The notes: generated from the letters alone by a model not told the origin. Shown: positions 11,471 to 24,781, counted from the first letter of the stretch. The stretch is 64,000 bases of DNA from Chara braunii (GCA_003427395.1 BFEA01000012.1:1211986-1275985), one strand, 5' to 3'. Program-made: numbers and translations.

Positions 11471-11815
11471 AAATGAGTGGCCACTAAAACCTTATGCCCA
11501 CTTTTTAATCCCGTTCTCTGCGAACCCCCCGTCTTTTGTACTCCTCCCCGGATGAGCACACCTGCCGGATATCGTCACCCCCCCTCCCCTGCCCCTTCCC
11601 TCCCCCCCCTCTTTCTTTATTCTCAAAACGCCGGTTGCAGGAATGGGCGGCAACTCCCTCCTCCCCCTTCAGTCTTTGTCCACGAACGCCGGTTACAGGA
11701 GAGGGCCGCAACTGGAGGAGGACATCCCTAATCAGCACAAGAGCCCGCATGCCCCGGCCGGGAGAATGGGGCCATTGAAGCAATTTGATACAGAAGGAGC
11801 CAAGACAGCGGATGA

Positions 11816-12447
11816 TGGATACGGCGATGTCCTGTACAGCGGGTACGGGGAGGATTCAGGGTCTGAAGATCGATTGATTGATTGAAGTGCTCCACACAAA
11901 AGTTGATCGCAAGTGCATGCATGAAATGGATCGAATCACCATACATGCAGGGGCCTCCGGGGGTTCTGTGAGGGTTTTGGGAGGGTTTTCTGAGGATTTA
12001 GTGAGGGTTTTGTGAAGACTTTGGATCTGCACAATCAGTGATAGCAATAAAGACGAAGGTTTTTTTTTTTTTTTTAAGCAGTCTATCTGCACTAAGAACC
12101 TTGGGGGGGCTGCCTATCAGGGCTGATATCATATCTGGTGGATACGGCGATGTCCTGTACAGCGGGTACAGGGAGGGTTCAGGATCTGAAGATTGATTGA
12201 TTGATTGAAGTGCTCCACACAAAAGTTGATCGCCAGTGCATGCATGAAATGGATCGAATCACGATACATGCAGGGGCCTCTGGGGGTTCTGTGAGGGTTT
12301 TGGGAGGGTTTTCTTAGGCTTTAGTGAGGGTTTTGTGAGGATTTTGGATCTGCACAATCAGTGATAGCAATAAAGACGAAGGTTTTTTTAAGCAGTCTAT
12401 CTGCACTAAAAACCTTGGGGGGGCTGCCTATCAGGGCTGATATCATA
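11816..12447 (+). repeat. ~315-bp direct tandem duplication in the LINE 3' region
   Basis: 11816-12133 versus 12139-12447 (TGGATACGGCGATGTCC..GGGCTGATATCATA). Confidence 0.9.
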
Positions 12448-13059
12448 ACCGACAATGGGTGTTCCGACATGGGTGGGGTCTGCTGCAGCTCCAGGGAAAT
12501 TTGGGAATGCCCCGGGTAGAGAATTACAGGTTCCACAACCCTGACTGAACAAATATTCCTTTCAGTGCCGCTTGTTTGTTTTCCTAAGGGACGCTGGGCC
12601 CGGTTCCCAGCAGGTGTAGCTCCCCACCAATAGATGGAGCGGCCCACAGGGGAAACCCTCAATCCCGGCGGTTCTCTCACCACCGCCGAGATAGTGGGTT
12701 TTCGAAGGGTTTTTCTATAAAAAAAAACAGAAACTGTTTGCCACCCATTGGGCGGCTTTCTCGGGTTTGTTCACAATAGTCCACGATGAGGGGGGACGGC
12801 CACAACTCAGATTCACCACATTGTTTATATGAACTCCTTTTTCTTAGTAGGGTGTTGAAATTGATTGACGGTTTATTCACGTTCCTTTTTTTTTGATAGT
12901 TTGCCGATAGTTTGCTCATACTTTGCCGATACTTTGCTGAAGTTAGCTGATAGGTAGTGGATAGTTGCTGATAGGTAGTCGATAGTTGGATGAAGAAGGA
13001 AGAAGAGCTTCAGTTGCGACGAGTGATAAGAGAGACACAGAGCCCGACATTATCAGTTT

Positions 13060-13220
13060 TTCTGCTGCGGTTGGGGTTAAGCCTGGCCGGAGAGCCTGGC
13101 TCATCCCCTCGGGCCGGAGCTAATGATGTGAGGGACGCTGGGCCCGGTTCCCAGCTTATAATGAAATCTTCCTTTTTCCAAAAAAAAAAAAAAAAGAACA
13201 ACAACAACAAAGAAGAAAAA
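13060..13220 (+). mobile_element. Short LINE/SINE tail with motif B hairpin and poly(A)
   Basis: GGGACGCTGGGCCCGGTTCCCAGC at 13132-13155; A-run from 13180. Confidence 0.6.
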
Positions 13221-14183
13221 TAGAAGAAGGAAGAAGGGAGAAGAAAGGAGAAAGAGTGAAGGGCAGGTTACAAAAGCCTGAGAAAGCAAGCGGCAAAATG
13301 TATCCTGAAAATCCCAAGCGATTTCAATAGGGGAGCAGCAGATAAAACATGATGAAGTCCCTGGAGTCATCATGAGGCAACAACCTTCATTGGCGCCAAC
13401 AGCGTCAGCGTGGACTGGAACACCCAATGATCGACATGCTTCAGCAACGCCCTACATGTTTCGACCAGCACCGAGTTCTGGTCATCGTCCGGGGCAACCG
13501 CATGAGCTCAAGATAACAGTAAGAAATAACTGCATGGGTGACTGCTGAACAGTTTGGGATTCACAGGAATAACAGTCCACTGCAAGCTTGGGCGAAGACC
13601 AGTCCGAAACTGCAAGAAAAACAGTAAGGTGGGAGCACGACGGCTTACGACTTTTTTTCTTCTTTTTTTTTTGCGCCTTTGACTTTTTTTCCCCCCCCCT
13701 CGTCTGCGACCATGGTAACCAACCGGACGTCCGGACTGGTTTCCAGACACCCCCAAACATTATGTAGGGGTCCGGTGCCCGGTCCTGGACGTCCGGAACC
13801 GGGCCCCCCAACGAAAAATCAGAAAAAAAAAAAAGGGGCCGCCAAGGACATTTTTTCGGGTCCTCGGCGGCCCCGGAAAAATACTTGCCCGATTTTTGTG
13901 TGTCTTTTCGCCCTACCGGACATCGGTCGAAGGCCGGACCGACCACAGTCTGTGCAGACTCAGGTGGGGTGGCTGGAGGCAGGGCCAGCACTTTCAAACT
14001 GGCCGTTTTTGAATCTCGCGGGCGCGCTGTTCCGAAGCCGCCAGCTGCGGCCCGTCACGTCCCCCCTGCAGCCCCGCAGCCATCCACGAGGAAGCCGCCG
14101 TCGCCGACGAAACAGCCAGCCGCCGCCAACATCCAGCCCTCGCCGACAAACCAGCGAGCCGCCGCCAACGTCCAAGAAGCAGG

Positions 14184-14247
<64 letters not shown>

Positions 14248-14596
14248 GGGTTTGTCCTTTCTTCCACGCCGGGAGCTCCGGGAGGAGGTTCGGGAAGGGA
14301 GAGGGGAGGTATGCAGTGGGAGGAAGGAGGCTCGGGGAGTGAGGGATGGAGACCGGCGGGTAGGGTCGGGAAAGATGGGGGGTTGGGATGGAGACTGGCG
14401 GGAAAGACAGGGGAAAGATGGGGGATGCGGGATTGGGATGGAGACTGGCGGGAAAGATAGGGAAGGTCCGGGAGGAGGTTCGGGGAGGGAGGGAGAAGGC
14501 GTGCAGTGGGAGGAACGAGGTTGGGGGAGATAGGGGTGGGGGTGGGAGGTTCAGGGAAATAGGGAGGTTCAGGGAAATGGGGGGGAAGAGGGAAAG

Positions 14597-14628
14597 CTGT
14601 CTCTTATACACATCTAGATGTGTATAAG
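14597..14628. other. Nextera mate-pair junction adapter (Tn5 mosaic ends), contamination
   Basis: CTGTCTCTTATACACATCTAGATGTGTATAAG followed by N. Confidence 0.98.
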
Positions 14629-14649
14629 NNNNNNNNNNNNNNNNNNNNN

Positions 14650-16636
14650 CAGAATGCTAACCTATGCTCCATACTTCGGATGTTACTGCCAGCATTGACT
14701 ACCCCAAAAAGCGGGGGGTTAACTGAGCAGCAAAAAAGAAAACAGTTATGTACATTAGCGGAGTCCTCCCTAGGGGGCTCCAGGGAGGAGATCCATATGT
14801 GAGCATTTATAAATATATGTAGATGTATGTATGCATGTACGCATGTAGATGTAAGTAGATGTAGAGGAAACCAAGCTGACTCATTAAGCATTCAGGACAG
14901 AATCTCTGCCAGGGAAAGGGCATGAGGTGGGAAGGGGTCTGGGAAATCCGAGGGGCGGTGTAGTGGGAACGGGGGCTTTATGTTTGTCCAGTCTTTGAAA
15001 ACTAGGCGATAGTCTCTCATTGCTTCCAAATCCCGCTGTCCGTCTCCCCTGACTCCACTCCATTCCACTTTTGCAATCCATCCTTCTCTCTCCCCTCCTA
15101 CCCAGTCTGTGCAAAATGCTGTAATCAGTGTCCTTGTGATGCCCAACCTCACGCCCAGCACGACTTCCTGATCAGAGTGGGATGGGGGCCCGGAAGTGCG
15201 AAAAAGGGGTGTGCCAAGGATTTTAGGAAAGTGGGGGTGGAACTGAGATCTCCTGTGGCAAGTTTCGGGGGTAAAAGCGCAAGAGGGCATATGCAGATCG
15301 TACTTTGCGCTTTAGTCCTTATAATAAGGAAGGTAGACCGCCTCTCGTGGTTGGTGCACCGTGGGGAAGCCGCAGATGTCGTGCAGCATAAGGCAGATGG
15401 CATGTGCAGTGCATCCCCAAACTAACGATCCCGGGGTACCTTTCTACGACCACAGCACCGGCAGATCTAAACACTCTTGCATTCTCGAACAAAATCCCAG
15501 CAACATTGCCCCTGCCAACGAACTCAGATCTCGTCAGCCTAAAAACCCACAAAGGGAAATCACCATCGCCTCTGGTTTCGCCTTTGTGGTTGGTCGCGTG
15601 GTTCGGCCAGTTGTCGACGCCGCTCGTAACAGGCTTCTGAATCCGATGGGGCGCGTTGTAAGCAGAGGCGGTGCAATCGCTGCTCAGCTTCGGTTCGAGT
15701 TTGCCGGATAGACCCCGAGGTTCGGCGGGTCTGGTACCGCTGGCAATTCTCGCACGGTGGGCTGGGCCAATAGCGAGCTATGGAATTCCACGGTACCATT
15801 GTGAGTTGGTGATAGGGAAGGAGGAGATGGAAGGGAGGGAAGCTGGTAGCAATAACAACGAAGCCCGGAGATATTTAGTATTGAGTATTGTATGTATCTG
15901 GGTAGTTTGGGCCCCTGGGATCGCTGGTTATTGCCCAATGGAAATCCCCTGCGCACAGTCGGTCGTTTTCTGTCAGACAGGGGTATTTTAGATTTCTTAA
16001 GCTCCCCCGTCATCTAAGTTGTTCACCTTCCCAGTATTCGAGGTATTCCGGGTCCCTTAAACTCTCTCAATCGGACATCCAAGAGGGGAATTCCGCAGCC
16101 ATATCTGTTTAGAAAGTTCGGTCCCCTGCATCCTCCTACGAAGTCCCAGGCTGACCCACGCAGGTACGTGGCGACTCGGGTTCTTCGAGAGTGAGAAACA
16201 ACGACTTGGTTCAGCGCGTAGATCGCTTTCAACATGCATGCAGATATCTTATCCCTACGGTGTCGGGTGGGATCACATCTCATACATGTGGCAAAAAGAA
16301 GAAAAGGAAAGGGTCGTCAGCTGATTATAACTCTTGTCGGTCACTAGTTAACGACTAAACCAAAACATCCATAATCAGGCGCTTTCCATCATATCTGAGT
16401 GGATAGCTCACGCAAGTGATCAGTAGGCAGAGTTGGAGCAGACATCGCAAAACAAGATTGAGAATCCGGTAAGATTGTTAATAAAGGGGTCTCACATTCA
16501 TTCCGTGCACACATACAGAATACAAACGACAAGGAAAATCTGAGACGATTTACAAGGAGAAGTTCAAAACGCCGCGATAAAATTGGTCATGTCAGAATCC
16601 AAAATTATACAGGGGAATAGAGGAAAAGAAAGGAAC
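14650..16636. repeat. Duplicate of 19000-20986 (probable misassembly)
   Basis: Identical ORF track at an offset of 4350; bounded by adapter plus gap on the left and adapter on the right. Confidence 0.9.
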
Positions 16637-16674
16637 CTGTCTCTTATACACATCTAGATGTGTATAAGAGACAG
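16637..16674. other. Complete 38-bp Nextera mate-pair junction adapter, contamination
   Basis: CTGTCTCTTATACACATCTAGATGTGTATAAGAGACAG, exact match. Confidence 0.99.
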
Positions 16675-18853
16675 GAGCGGAAGAGGGTCGGGATGGGGAC
16701 TGGCGGGTACGAGGTTCGGGGAGGTCTGGGAGGAGGTTCGGGGAGGGAGGGGGAAGACGCACATTGTGAGGAACGTCTGATGCAGGTGCTCCGCCACGAA
16801 GTGCAAACCAGGTGAGCTCCCTCCCCGCCTTTTTTTTTTTTTCCCGGACATCTTGTCCCTGCCAGCACAGTCCGGACAGTCCGGTGTCCGGTGATGTCCG
16901 GACTGTTCCAGACACAGGTCCGGAAAACAGTCCGGAAGTGTCTGGTGTAAGGGTCCGCGGTTACCATGTCTGCGACTTCCTTTTTTTTTCTTTTTTCGCT
17001 CCTGCTTATGCCACGTCCGCGCTGTCTAGCCCACGCCCATGGCTGGACCACGGCTGAGATGTCTAGGCCATGGCTGGGTTGGAACGGAGTCTGAAAGGGA
17101 AGGGCAGGGAGTAGAGCAAAAAGATCGAACAGCACATTAAGGCATGGTGTATTTACTCAGGAAATCGGGCAACGTGCAGAGGAAGTCGAACAAAAAGATT
17201 GAGCAGCACAATGCCGGCATGGTTCATTTACTCAGGAAATCGGGCAACATACATCGCTAACTCACGCAGATGCTCACATGCAGAACCATGCGAATTGGGC
17301 CGCTTTGATTTTCAATCATGGGAAATAACCACAACCAGGAACATGGATACATACACGAAAGGTGTGGCCCACTCCAGTTACAGAATTGCGGGAAAGAACC
17401 TTTACAAGAAAGTGGGGTGAATACATGACAATGCATATGTTGAGGCGTGTTTTGGCTGACAGATAGTACCCGGTTGAGCACGCTGACAGATAGTACCCGA
17501 TTGAGTGGAGGCCCACCGTCAGACAATGATAACAATGATGACGCCACCACTATTTTTCACGGAATATAGGGCCTCGCTGCACTACTCTCGAAATGTGCAA
17601 AACGAGAGTGAATCTTCCCCTAGAATATGGAAAGATACATAGCCATAATTTTTGTATGTTGTGCATGTCGAGAGTAGTGCAGCGAGGCCCATACAGAATG
17701 CAGCATGGAAAGCACCGTTGAACCCATACCCCACTCGAATTGGGGTATCGAGTTCAGCGGGCTATGGGGAGGGTAGGGGGCTTCGTATTAGGGTGCAGGG
17801 ATTTTTCACCACCTTTCTTGAAAAAAAAAAAAGAATAAAAGTCTTTTCATTCTCACATCTGAAAACGAACTGCTAGATGCGCAGCTCCCATGCATCTCCA
17901 ACGTCGCGTGGGGTTGGCCTAGACAGCTCGGCCGTGGCAGGCACGAAAAAAAGAAAAAAAAAAACACCACGATCGCCNNNNNNNNNNNNNNNNNNNNNNN
18001 NNNNNNNNNNNNNNNNNNNNNNNNNNNNNNNNNNNNNNNNNNNNNNNNNNNNNNNNNNNNNNTTTTTTTTTTTTTTCTTTTTTTTTTTAAGCGCGGTTTA
18101 CTGTTTTTCTTGCAGTTTTGAATTGGTCTTCCCCCAAGCTTGCAGTTGACTGTTATTCCTGCGAATTCAAAACTCTGCAGCGGTCACAGGCGCAGTTGTC
18201 TCTAACAATAATCATGCTCCTCGGGAAATAAATGGGAGACAACCTACTTAGGGTGGACAAAAAGACTTAGGATGGAGAGTAGAAGAACTCATCTGGGAAA
18301 CCGCCGACGTCGCACCTAGGAATGATGCCATAATGCCATAGCATACACCCTCAAATGTGAATGCTCGAAGTAATACCAGTGGCAATGGAAGTGGAACTGC
18401 CTGGACCGGCAGCAAGGCATGAGGTACAGGGGCAAGGACGGGTGCGTGCATAGCTAAGCAGGAGTCAGGAGAACGGAGGATGCAGGGCGCTAACACGCAT
18501 AGAAAAAAGACGAAGGGGAGAGCCGAAGACAAGAGAGACTGCGGCAGGTGCAAGGGATGGGAAAAGATACGAAGGCGAGGGAAGAAGAAGCGGATTCAAC
18601 AGTCAGGCGGATCAGCGCACGAAGCAGCAGCGCTGATCGGATGGTTGTATCAGAGGGAAGAATCCATAGGTCAGGGATAGACATATAGGTGTCGAGGAAA
18701 CAGAACGGAAAGAAAGGGAACAACGGGTAGCTGGACCCAGGGGCCGCCACCAGTAGAGTATTGGAAGAATATTTACCCCTACGATATGTAACTACCTTAG
18801 AATCAATACCAGGTTTGGAAACAAATTTTCCAGGCTGGGTACCTGAGGCTAGA

Positions 18854-18856
<3 letters not shown>

Positions 18857-18891
<35 letters not shown>

Positions 18892-19490
18892 GTCTCCGTT
18901 CTATTGGTGGGGAGCAACACCTGCTGGAAACCGGGTCCAGCGTCCCATTATACATGAAAGGCTCAGAATGCTCAGAATGCTCAGAATGCTCAGAATGCTC
19001 AGAATGCTAACCTATGCTCCATACTTCGGATGTTACTGCCAGCATTGACTACCCCAAAAAGCGGGGGGTTAACTGAGCAGCAAAAAAGAAAACAGTTATG
19101 TACATTAGCGGAGTCCTCCCTAGGGGGCTCCAGGGAGGAGATCCATATGTGAGCATTTATAAATATATGTAGATGTATGTATGCATGTACGCATGTAGAT
19201 GTAAGTAGATGTAGAGGAAACCAAGCTGACTCATTAAGCATTCAGGACAGAATCTCTGCCAGGGAAAGGGCATGAGGTGGGAAGGGGTCTGGGAAATCCG
19301 AGGGGCGGTGTAGTGGGAACGGGGGCTTTATGTTTGTCCAGTCTTTGAAAACTAGGCGATAGTCTCTCATTGCTTCCAAATCCCGCTGTCCGTCTCCCCT
19401 GACTCCACTCCATTCCACTTTTGCAATCCATCCTTCTCTCTCCCCTCCTACCCAGTCTGTGCAAAATGCTGTAATCAGTGTCCTTGTGAT
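18857..19490 (-). mobile_element. LINE 3' end with cassette and poly(A)
   Basis: T-run at 18857-18887; motif B to 18946; (CTCAGAATG)x5; motif A at 19040-19075; peptide WVGGEREGWIAKVEW..YRLVFKDW..RPSDFPDPFPP. Confidence 0.85.
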
Positions 19491-19639
19491 GCCCAACCTC
19501 ACGCCCAGCACGACTTCCTGATCAGAGTGGGATGGGGGCCCGGAAGTGCGAAAAAGGGGTGTGCCAAGGATTTTAGGAAAGTGGGGGTGGAACTGAGATC
19601 TCCTGTGGCAAGTTTCGGGGGTAAAAGCGCAAGAGGGCA

Positions 19640-19880
19640 TATGCAGATCGTACTTTGCGCTTTAGTCCTTATAATAAGGAAGGTAGACCGCCTCTCGTGG
19701 TTGGTGCACCGTGGGGAAGCCGCAGATGTCGTGCAGCATAAGGCAGATGGCATGTGCAGTGCATCCCCAAACTAACGATCCCGGGGTACCTTTCTACGAC
19801 CACAGCACCGGCAGATCTAAACACTCTTGCATTCTCGAACAAAATCCCAGCAACATTGCCCCTGCCAACGAACTCAGATC
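19640..19880 (-). pseudogene. hAT transposase fragment (DUF659-like)
   Basis: VGRGNVAGILFENARV..G..V.ERYPGI..CTAHAICLMLHDIC resembles the hAT pattern VG.ENV..V.TDNA..YP.IF..C.AH.L.LML.DI; a homologue lies at 51700-51900. Confidence 0.65.
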
Positions 19881-21020
19881 TCGTCAGCCTAAAAACCCAC
19901 AAAGGGAAATCACCATCGCCTCTGGTTTCGCCTTTGTGGTTGGTCGCGTGGTTCGGCCAGTTGTCGACGCCGCTCGTAACAGGCTTCTGAATCCGATGGG
20001 GCGCGTTGTAAGCAGAGGCGGTGCAATCGCTGCTCAGCTTCGGTTCGAGTTTGCCGGATAGACCCCGAGGTTCGGCGGGTCTGGTACCGCTGGCAATTCT
20101 CGCACGGTGGGCTGGGCCAATAGCGAGCTATGGAATTCCACGGTACCATTGTGAGTTGGTGATAGGGAAGGAGGAGATGGAAGGGAGGGAAGCTGGTAGC
20201 AATAACAACGAAGCCCGGAGATATTTAGTATTGAGTATTGTATGTATCTGGGTAGTTTGGGCCCCTGGGATCGCTGGTTATTGCCCAATGGAAATCCCCT
20301 GCGCACAGTCGGTCGTTTTCTGTCAGACAGGGGTATTTTAGATTTCTTAAGCTCCCCCGTCATCTAAGTTGTTCACCTTCCCAGTATTCGAGGTATTCCG
20401 GGTCCCTTAAACTCTCTCAATCGGACATCCAAGAGGGGAATTCCGCAGCCATATCTGTTTAGAAAGTTCGGTCCCCTGCATCCTCCTACGAAGTCCCAGG
20501 CTGACCCACGCAGGTACGTGGCGACTCGGGTTCTTCGAGAGTGAGAAACAACGACTTGGTTCAGCGCGTAGATCGCTTTCAACATGCATGCAGATATCTT
20601 ATCCCTACGGTGTCGGGTGGGATCACATCTCATACATGTGGCAAAAAGAAGAAAAGGAAAGGGTCGTCAGCTGATTATAACTCTTGTCGGTCACTAGTTA
20701 ACGACTAAACCAAAACATCCATAATCAGGCGCTTTCCATCATATCTGAGTGGATAGCTCACGCAAGTGATCAGTAGGCAGAGTTGGAGCAGACATCGCAA
20801 AACAAGATTGAGAATCCGGTAAGATTGTTAATAAAGGGGTCTCACATTCATTCCGTGCACACATACAGAATACAAACGACAAGGAAAATCTGAGACGATT
20901 TACAAGGAGAAGTTCAAAACGCCGCGATAAAATTGGTCATGTCAGAATCCAAAATTATACAGGGGAATAGAGGAAAAGAAAGGAACAACGAAAAGAACCT
21001 TATCCCACACCCACACAACT

Positions 21021-21082
<62 letters not shown>

Positions 21083-22559
21083 TCTCTCCGCGTTCCCGAT
21101 GCGGGCAGTCCGTTGCCGCGCATCCACACAGAGTTGTCACCCCGCTCGATTTGAGTATGCAAGTCAGGCTCGCCCGTGCGGCACAGTCCATCGTGGCCCC
21201 GCACGTCAACCCCGCATACCCGACACCAGCTCGTCGGATCGTCCAACTCTCACACTTACTCACCTTTCAAACTTGCTCGTTAACCGACCCTCACTGATCG
21301 CGCTAACCTCAAAATTCTTAGAGAGAAAACTAATCGCGCTTGCGAAATTTATAGCATGCATGCCTGCGCAAAAGGTACGGGATTAAGCCCAGGTGGGCAA
21401 GAGGACAAGAAAGGAAGTGCCTACATCTGCATGGCCAAGCCGCGACGTGGGGGTCGTAGCCTCGCTCCACGCATCGATCCGGTCATGCAGGCACTCAGGC
21501 CAATTAGAACGGAGCATCGGACATGCAAGACAAAGAAGACGAAGGCGGGCAACTACGAGGGAATTAAGAAAGAAGAAAGATACAGTTACAATCGCGCCCG
21601 CCAAAAGCGACATTTGCACAAGATTAAGGGCGCGATCCAGTCAGAGCCCAGTTCCCTGCGCAGCAAGATGCACGCAAGCGTTGTGCTCCAAAATTCAGAG
21701 TACCTAAATTCCTAGTTTACGTCGTATTAGCAAAAGAAAATTCCGAACAGGCAAAAGAAAAACAATTTCGAGAACCCGTGGGGGCTCGTCCCCAGTTGAA
21801 AATTCAAAAACGATATTCCCACACGATGATCGCGCCAAAATTCTCAGTGCTCACAGCAGAGAAAGAAAGAAAAAGTTATGGTACAGTTATTTCTCGCGCT
21901 TGCCAAGGCGCGACTACCCAACCGTTGGTACGGGATTTTCCCGACACCGATCCGACAACTTCCAGCAAAAACAAAAAGGAACGAGGGCATTCATGCAATT
22001 AGCCCGCCCGGCCCATCTTCCCACAACTCACCCCTTTGACCCGTCATTTTCCCCCAAGCAGCTTCGCGCAGAAAGTCGCACGGTTTCAGAAAGTGGTTTG
22101 TCACATCCTAACATCACCAACTTGTCCGAACAAGTCTCATTGTGATTTTGTGTCCGACTATCGTTGTGTGAGTTGAAGATGTACCTATAGCTGAATCTGT
22201 TTTGTGATCTCTAGCCCCTCTACTCTCCCCTTCTCCATGACTAGAGTACACCTCGGCCACCAGAGTGCCCATATCATCGCCCCCCGATAGTCTGTACATG
22301 TTCTCTACTGTTATACCGCGTCAAACGCGGGGACGCAGCCATTCGGGTAGCATGCTTCATGTTCTAGATAGTAAGCTTGGCAAAGGTCTTATGAAGTGAG
22401 GGATGGACAACCTTTTGGATGGTAGTGTCCAAAGCCAACGCTATCCCACACGCCACATGCAACCCACTCACACGCGCACTCACACTCGTGTTGGCTGAAG
22501 ACCTTACTGATACCGACTGGGAGGATCCAGCTTGCTATCTCAGTTTAATGGCACCAAGA

Positions 22560-22600
22560 GTGCCCCAGGCGGCCGTGGGGATTGAACCCACAACCTCCTT
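22560..22600 (-). mobile_element. tRNA 3'-half-like fragment (B box / T-arm), probable truncated SINE head
   Basis: Reverse complement GTGGG-TTCAATC-CCCAC T-arm with B box; no A box or 5' half. Confidence 0.35.
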
Positions 22601-22816
22601 AATGCAAAAAAAAAAACAAAAAAAAAAAGAAATAGCAAGCTACTGAGGGTTGTACCACCCCACATGAGGCCAGGAAAAGGGCATTTCAAGCTCTAAACTA
22701 CTAGCAGTGTATCTACCTGTGTTCTTCCAGAAGATTCATGCTCATGTTGCACATTTGGTCAGTAGTGGAGCAAGGCCCTCGATCGCCACAGCTCTCGGGG
22801 AAAAGGTAAGTGCATG

Positions 22817-23520
22817 TTTTTTTTTTTTTCCCGAAACAACCCAAATGGTCGCTAGGGGTGCTGATAAGAGCAGACACCACTAGCGTCGTCGGGAGGGCTC
22901 CATCTGTTGGTGGGGAGCAGCACGTGCTGGAAATCGGGTCCAACGTCCCTGTGAGATACATTGCAACACAAATTGAACTTTGTATCTTATCTATCTATTG
23001 ACTGTCCTAACATCTCTGTATACAGTAGAGATCTTGTATTATGGCTATGTACTGTTGCAATTGTTCGTTTGTGTGTGTGGCATTTAATGTTACAGTTTTT
23101 GTGCAGATATAGTTGCTGTGCTTTGCCTATGTACTGTTTCACTTATCTGTTTGTATGTGCCGTGTAAGTTATAAATTTGTGCAGATATGGTTCCTGTGTG
23201 TTTTATGTCATCCCAAACCCTGAAAACCTGAAACCCTGAGTCATGAACCATGTCACCCTTCTACCTGGCTGTTGCCTTGACCAGTGATGATTGTCCCGGC
23301 CTCTTGTCAGCCCGAGCAAATGCTAGGGGTGTTGATAGAAGCATGCACCACTAGCACTCCCGGGGAGGTTTCATCTATTAGTGGGGAGCAGCACCTGCTG
23401 GAAAGCGAGTCCAACGTCCCTAAACATTGGCAATTGGTTTGTTTGAACAAACATGTGATGAGCAGTCGGTAACGATGAGCAGCATTGATTACCCTCGTAC
23501 GAGGGGATTAACTGGCCATC
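22817..23520 (-). mobile_element. LINE-type 3' cassettes (two motif B copies, one motif A) with poly(A)
   Basis: T-run at 22817-22829; motif B at 22830-22949 and 23320-23420; motif A at 23480-23514. Confidence 0.75.
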
Positions 23521-24472
23521 AAAACCCTAGGATAGGTGCACTACCTAGACCTTCCTCGAAGATCCAATCGTGACGAAAGAGAGCTAGCCAAATCTTTAAT
23601 TAGTTCATGAGAAAAACAGCTCAGATGAAGTGAAATCCAATCCCCGGGCCATCACGGCAGATCAAATTCAATCAAATTAGGTCAGCCCTGGTCGAATGAT
23701 GGGGTGAAAGTTGATGATCAACCTGCTCCAACCAGCTCACCCTATAAGTAAGACGCCTGACAAAGCTAGCCACAAATAACGCAAAAACTGGGGGGGGAGG
23801 GAATCAAGCAATCAGACTTCCTACTCCCTGTTTCTCCCCTCTCTGGTCAAATTTCAATCGAAGTAGTTGCAATCATACCCTAGCAAGACAATTCTTGCGA
23901 ATCACAATCATAAGAGGCAACAACGATTCCGAATGAAACGCATCGAAATAGAGCATTGCCAATCAACTCAACCGAAATATAACAATCAATTCCAGAGATT
24001 CAAAAAAAAAAAAAAAAAAAAAAAGTCCAGAGAATCAAAATCGCCAGAAACAGAGGAATGAAATGAAGGCACATAAGATTCTAGCGATGTAGTTTGAAAC
24101 ATATCCAATCAAAACAATCGATTCAGAAGAGTCGACCTTGAAGCAAGCACCTCGATCATGAAATATGAGAGTCATACTCTCAAAACACCGCCCATACACG
24201 ACAAGTAGAAAGGCAAGCCACCGAAGGAATCAGCCATTTGATTGTCTCACCATCTCCCGTCTGTAAAAGCACGTAGAGAAGTACGACCTACATGAATCCA
24301 TACTGCTGGTACTTGAATTCAGGTGCACAGGTGATAAGTTGTCTCATACCCCTGGCCGCTGCTGATGTCAACGTAAGAGTTTGTTGCTGATGAGCAAGAA
24401 CCATCCAGTAAGTTGGACTAACACAGTCCCCCATGCCCAATAGTATCCTTGCTAGAAGCACAGGAGCCTCAC

Positions 24473-24781
24473 TGTGGCGGACCCACCTGGTGTGGTGCTC
24501 CGCCTGGGAAAGAGATGGAGATGGAGGATGAGAGTGGAGCAAGATGACACAACGCAACTCCCACGCGAGACTCCTACGCACGTACTCCAAACTGTGCGAA
24601 TGCAAAATGATCCGAAATACAAACTTTGGCTGGGGTATACCCCAACGGACTGCTTGGACTGGACTGGACTGGCTGGTACCGACAGAGGTACCGACCTGGA
24701 CTGGACTACCCCGAATACAACGCAGGCCTGTGAGAACAGGCCAAGGGGCTGGTCTCACAGGCCAACCAGAGGTCCGCTACA
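24473..24781 (-). repeat. 3' LTR
   Basis: TGTGGCGG..CGCTACA, homologous to 34105-34412. Confidence 0.95.

Larger units (their letters stand above)
7990..12727 (+). mobile_element. 5'-truncated L1/Tx1-clade LINE (endonuclease absent) with long 3' UTR and poly(A)
   Basis: RT and downstream domains as listed in the next feature; motif B at 12588-12710; A-run at 12718-12727. Confidence 0.85.
13711..16968. mobile_element. Non-autonomous hAT-like DNA transposon; its middle is replaced by an assembly artefact
   Basis: TIR CATGGTAACC / GGTTACCATG; 8-bp TSD TCTGCGAC at 13703-13710 and 16969-16976; CCGGAC-rich subterminal repeats at both ends. Confidence 0.85.

Noticed and set aside
7221-12727. A single twin-primed inverted LINE
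   Set aside because: The minus-strand piece has its own 3' end and a different ORF2 C-terminus, so these are two independent insertions.
14597-16674. Tn5/IS50 composite transposon or bacterial horizontal transfer
   Set aside because: The mosaic ends are the synthetic back-to-back Nextera junction, and there is no transposase.
18961-19008. CRISPR-like or coding repeat
   Set aside because: A simple 9-bp tandem (CTCAGAATG) with no spacers.
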